NCBI GenBank assembly: GCA_963796275.1 | Contig: CAWCKY010000006.1 | Location: 288,001 to 352,000 of the forward strand | Length of the DNA: 64,000 nt | Reading direction: 5' to 3' | From: an uncultured Acidobacteriota bacterium | GTDB taxonomy: Bacteria; Acidobacteriota; Blastocatellia; RBC074 | Shown: one piece after another, positions 60,892 to 64,000 of the stretch | Numbering within the stretch: the first letter of the stretch is position 1 | Layout of the letters: the number at the start of each line of letters is the position of its first letter | Position numbers and translations under genes: made by a program | The notes under the pieces: model-generated | Seen by the model: only the letters and a program-made list of their open reading frames with translations | Told to the model about the DNA's origin: nothing | Databases searched by the model: none

Positions 60892-61662
60892 ATGGTTAAT
60901 CGGGTTCGAGCGAAAGATCAGATCAAATCGTTGATAGCGGCGGCTATTGTCAGCCTCTTACTGACGATAGTCTTCATCCCAGCAATAAGCGCCCAGGGGA
61001 AGACACCGACCACTGCAGCAGGCCCCAAGTCAAATCATAATCCGCAGCAGTCAAGTGGGACGCCATCGATTCAGAAGGAGGAGAAGGTTCCCGAGGCCGA
61101 TTTCGTGGCTTCCACCGATTATCGCAGCAGCAGTCTGATCGTGCCTTTATACCGCGGACTGAATTTTGAGGGTCATTACATCGGCGTCAGAGCCGAGCCT
61201 GAACAGGAGGAGAACGGAGAACCCGGCTCCATGAGTCCAACTGGAATAATTAACGTGGGGGCCATCACCGGAAGCTATAGTTTTCGTTTGGGAGAACAGC
61301 TCACGCTCTCGCCCGGTTTCGGGATTTATTTTGGGGAAGATCAAAGAACTTCACCGGCGCTCAGCTTCCGCTGGGAGTTCGAGAGGAGCCGGATTTTTTC
61401 ACAAGGGCTCTTCATCTTTTCATTCCTGGAATCGGAAGAGTTCGGCCGTCCCACCATCTGGGACGGAAATCACATCAGCCTCAGGTTGAACAGGTTTGAG
61501 ATCGGACCTACCTGGGAGCTTATTCACACTCGATCTGAAAATGATTGGAAAGGTGGCGGACGCGCGGCGTTCAGACTGTTCCGCAATGTGAGCGTCGCTT
61601 TCTTCGTACTCGCGCCGAATACGGAGTATCGTGGGGGAATCATAGTCCATCCGGATCGGTGA
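60892..61662 (+). CDS. Secreted beta-rich hypothetical protein
   Basis: Signal peptide (ISA-Q) and alternating aromatic beta-strand pattern. Confidence 0.65.
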   Translation: MVNRVRAKDQIKSLIAAAIVSLLLTIVFIPAISAQGKTPTTAAGPKSNHNPQQSSGTPSIQKEEKVPEADFVASTDYRSSSLIVPLYRGLNFEGHYIGVRAEPEQEENGEPGSMSPTGIINVGAITGSYSFRLGEQLTLSPGFGIYFGEDQRTSPALSFRWEFERSRIFSQGLFIFSFLESEEFGRPTIWDGNHISLRLNRFEIGPTWELIHTRSENDWKGGGRAAFRLFRNVSVAFFVLAPNTEYRGGIIVHPDR

Positions 61663-61778
61663 TCTTCGCTTCCCGCCTTATTTCCCCGGCGAGGCTCCAA
61701 CCCTGCGAAGATCAAAGCCGGGTGTCCTATTTAAATATTTTCATTTTGCTCTCAATTGCATCACCATTTCCAAAAATC

Positions 61779-61807
61779 TTGACAATTTCCATTTGGTCCC
61801 TTAGTCT
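61779..61807 (+). promoter_or_regulatory. sigma70 promoter
   Basis: TTGACA-N17-TAGTCT. Confidence 0.55.
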
Positions 61808-61972
61808 GCGCTTACTTTCACGGATTGTTCATTAATCGTAATACATTAAAAGACAGTTATTGACTCAATTTACCGGTACCAGATGGGGCTAATGAGGTTT
61901 ACCACTCGTATCGTTGAGCGATCTAAGTAACCAGGTCAAAGCCAAGTCAAAGAAAATAATGGAGATGAATCT

Positions 61973-64000
61973 ATGCGACTCTTTTCGACCAGATTTATAT
62001 TCGCCGTGTTGTTAGCGGTAGGCTTACTAGCGATCGGAGCCGATGCGCAGGCGCTCTACGGAAGCATTGTTGGTAATGTGTCGGATCCACAAGGGGCGGT
62101 TATGCCTGGGGTATCGGTCACGATTACGAACACTGGCACCGGTTTAAGTTTACAGACGACGACTGATGTGAGCGGAAGCTATGTGTTCCGCAATCTCCTG
62201 CCGGGCGACTACGGGATGATCTTGACGTCCGGTGGTTTTAAGGAAGTGCGACAGTCGGACGTCATCGTGACGGCCGGCAACCCGAAGCGCGTGGATGTAA
62301 AGCTTGAGATCGGTGCTGCCCAGGACTCGGTCACGGTGACCGCGGATGCGGCCACGCTGCGCACGGAGAAGTCTGACTTAGGTACGGAGTTGAATTCCAA
62401 ACAGGTGACCTCGCTGCCGCTGAACCAATACCGCAACTATCAGTCGTTGCTCAATCTGGTGCCGGGTGCGACGCCCGTGCAGTATCAGAACGCGGAGATC
62501 GACACTCCCGGGCGGTCGTTGCGGACCTGGGTCAATGGCACACAGCCGAACAGCAACACGACTCGCGTTGACGGCGCAGTGTCGGTCAACGTCTGGCTGC
62601 CGCACCACGCCGGGTATATCCAGCCGGTGGAGACCGTAGAAACTGTCAACATCGCCACCAACAACTTCGACGCCGACATCGGCATGGCTGGGGGAGCGGC
62701 GCAGACGGTGGTGACCAAGTCTGGCACCAATGAGTTCCATGGCTCCGGTTTCTGGTTCCAAAACTACGATGAACTGAATACCAATAGCTTTTACAATAAT
62801 GCGTTCGCGCTGGAGAAACCTCCGCTCTCGCACCATATTTACGGCGGCACGCTGGGCGGCCCGATCAGGAAAGACAAACTCTTCTTTTTCGGATCATATG
62901 AGAAGTTACGCGACCGGCGCGGCGGGAACTACGCCTACGGGGTCCCGACCGATAAGATGCGCAACGGCGATTTCACCGAGGTAGCCACGGCCTACCCCAA
63001 CAACCCCAGTGCCAGCGACAATCGAACCCGCAACAATTTCAGGCTCTACAATCCGGCCAGTGCCGCCGGGGGGGCGGGGCGGACTGAGTTCGACAACTTC
63101 ACGATTCCCCAGGATCAAATCACCCAGCTCGCCAGGACGATCATGAATTATTACCCCAGGGTCAATAGCAACCTGGACCTGAACAACAACCGTCTCCTGG
63201 ACGACTTTGTGCAGCAGCGGGAAGTCCAGGTAGATCGCGCCAACTACGACACGAAGATCACCTGGCAGCGCTCGCGGGAGCACTCGATCTGGGGAAAGAT
63301 CTCCCTGCTGCGGGCCGACGCGGTGGACAATTTCAATCTGGGCTTCGACCAAGGCAGCCAGGGCGATACGAAGGTCTATGTGGTCGGCGCCGGCCACAGC
63401 TGGACGCTCAGCCCGACGCTCCTGGTGGACGGCAACTTCGGATATTACCGGATGGACCAGACGGTGTTCGGACCTGACTACAGGCAAAACCTCGGCATCG
63501 AACTTGGGATTCCAGGCGTGAACGATCCCAATGACATCCGAGCCAGCGGCCTGCCCACCTTCGACAACGGGTACATCATCGGCGGGACTCCCAGCTGGAT
63601 GCCGCTGTTTCGAAATGAGGTCAACTTTAGCTTCAGCAGCGCACTGACGAAGGTCTTCGCCAGACACGAATTGAGAACAGGCATCGACATAGTCAAGATG
63701 GAGCTGAATCACCGCCAAGCCGAGTTCGGCGCCTATGGATTGAGGGGCGGTTTCGGTTACAGCGGAAACATCACGGGTGCGCCCGGCTACGACGCGCGGG
63801 GTTGGAATTCGTTCGCGGCTTTCCTGCTGGGCAGGGTGAGCTCATTCTCAAAGGACGTCCAGGCCGAGGATATGACAGGACGCGAGTGGCAGACGGCATT
63901 CTACGTGCGCGACCGCTGGCGCGTCACCCAGAACCTGACCCTCAATCTCGGCCTGCGGCTCGAGTATTACCCTTTCATGTCCCGCGCGAATAGCGGCATC
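61973..64000 (+). CDS. TonB-dependent receptor (partial, runs off the window)
   Basis: Manual translation MRLFSTRF...AQALYGSIVGNVSDPQGA...SLPLNQYRN...TKSGTNEFHGS; the same frame reads ...FYVRDRWRVTQNLTLNLGLRLEY at the window end. Absent from the ORF track. Confidence 0.92.
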   Translation, partial: MRLFSTRFIFAVLLAVGLLAIGADAQALYGSIVGNVSDPQGAVMPGVSVTITNTGTGLSLQTTTDVSGSYVFRNLLPGDYGMILTSGGFKEVRQSDVIVTAGNPKRVDVKLEIGAAQDSVTVTADAATLRTEKSDLGTELNSKQVTSLPLNQYRNYQSLLNLVPGATPVQYQNAEIDTPGRSLRTWVNGTQPNSNTTRVDGAVSVNVWLPHHAGYIQPVETVETVNIATNNFDADIGMAGGAAQTVVTKSGTNEFHGSGFWFQNYDELNTNSFYNNAFALEKPPLSHHIYGGTLGGPIRKDKLFFFGSYEKLRDRRGGNYAYGVPTDKMRNGDFTEVATAYPNNPSASDNRTRNNFRLYNPASAAGGAGRTEFDNFTIPQDQITQLARTIMNYYPRVNSNLDLNNNRLLDDFVQQREVQVDRANYDTKITWQRSREHSIWGKISLLRADAVDNFNLGFDQGSQGDTKVYVVGAGHSWTLSPTLLVDGNFGYYRMDQTVFGPDYRQNLGIELGIPGVNDPNDIRASGLPTFDNGYIIGGTPSWMPLFRNEVNFSFSSALTKVFARHELRTGIDIVKMELNHRQAEFGAYGLRGGFGYSGNITGAPGYDARGWNSFAAFLLGRVSSFSKDVQAEDMTGREWQTAFYVRDRWRVTQNLTLNLGLRLEYYPFMSRANSGI

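Noticed and set aside
62209-63718. Several minus-strand ORFs
   Set aside because: Antisense to the plus-strand TonB receptor that the ORF track missed.
1-64000. rRNA, tRNA, prophage or defence systems
   Set aside because: No recognisable signatures in the window.

Overview
A 64-kb accessory/stress-type region from a moderately GC-rich diderm bacterium. The carboxypeptidase-regulatory-domain TonB-dependent receptors and gene style suggest Acidobacteriota (inference). From left to right it holds: the end of an NtrC-type activator followed by a complete sigma54 promoter layout; a CPA2 cation/H+ antiporter; a Cys-rich RAPP-motif leader ORF followed by a BNR-repeat protein and a frameshifted TonB receptor; a lipoprotein; a DUF1254/DUF1214-HAD fusion; an MltF-like transglycosylase; a PAS kinase with a NarL-type regulator; and a secreted protein with an internal duplication. 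Next comes a ~4.3-kb repeat mosaic (17.9-22.2 kb) with GTAG-REP tandem arrays, a 102-bp tandem array, a decayed HUH/Y1 (RAYT-like) transposase, and an IS4-family element inserted in a REP palindrome. This is followed by GNAT and polysaccharide deacetylase genes, an aspA fragment, a metallophosphoesterase, an amidohydrolase, DUF1269, HdeD, and a 2202-aa TamB-POTRA-Omp85 fusion. An AbgT-M17 peptidase-SLC13 operon lies divergent from DUF1269-glsA. The right end has a second M17 peptidase, MscS channels, YihY, DUF1206, AI-2E, a bile-acid:Na symporter and a partial TonB receptor. Several genes carry frameshifts (decay or assembly error). No rRNA, tRNA or CRISPR array was recognised. All family calls come from motif recognition by eye; no database search was run.
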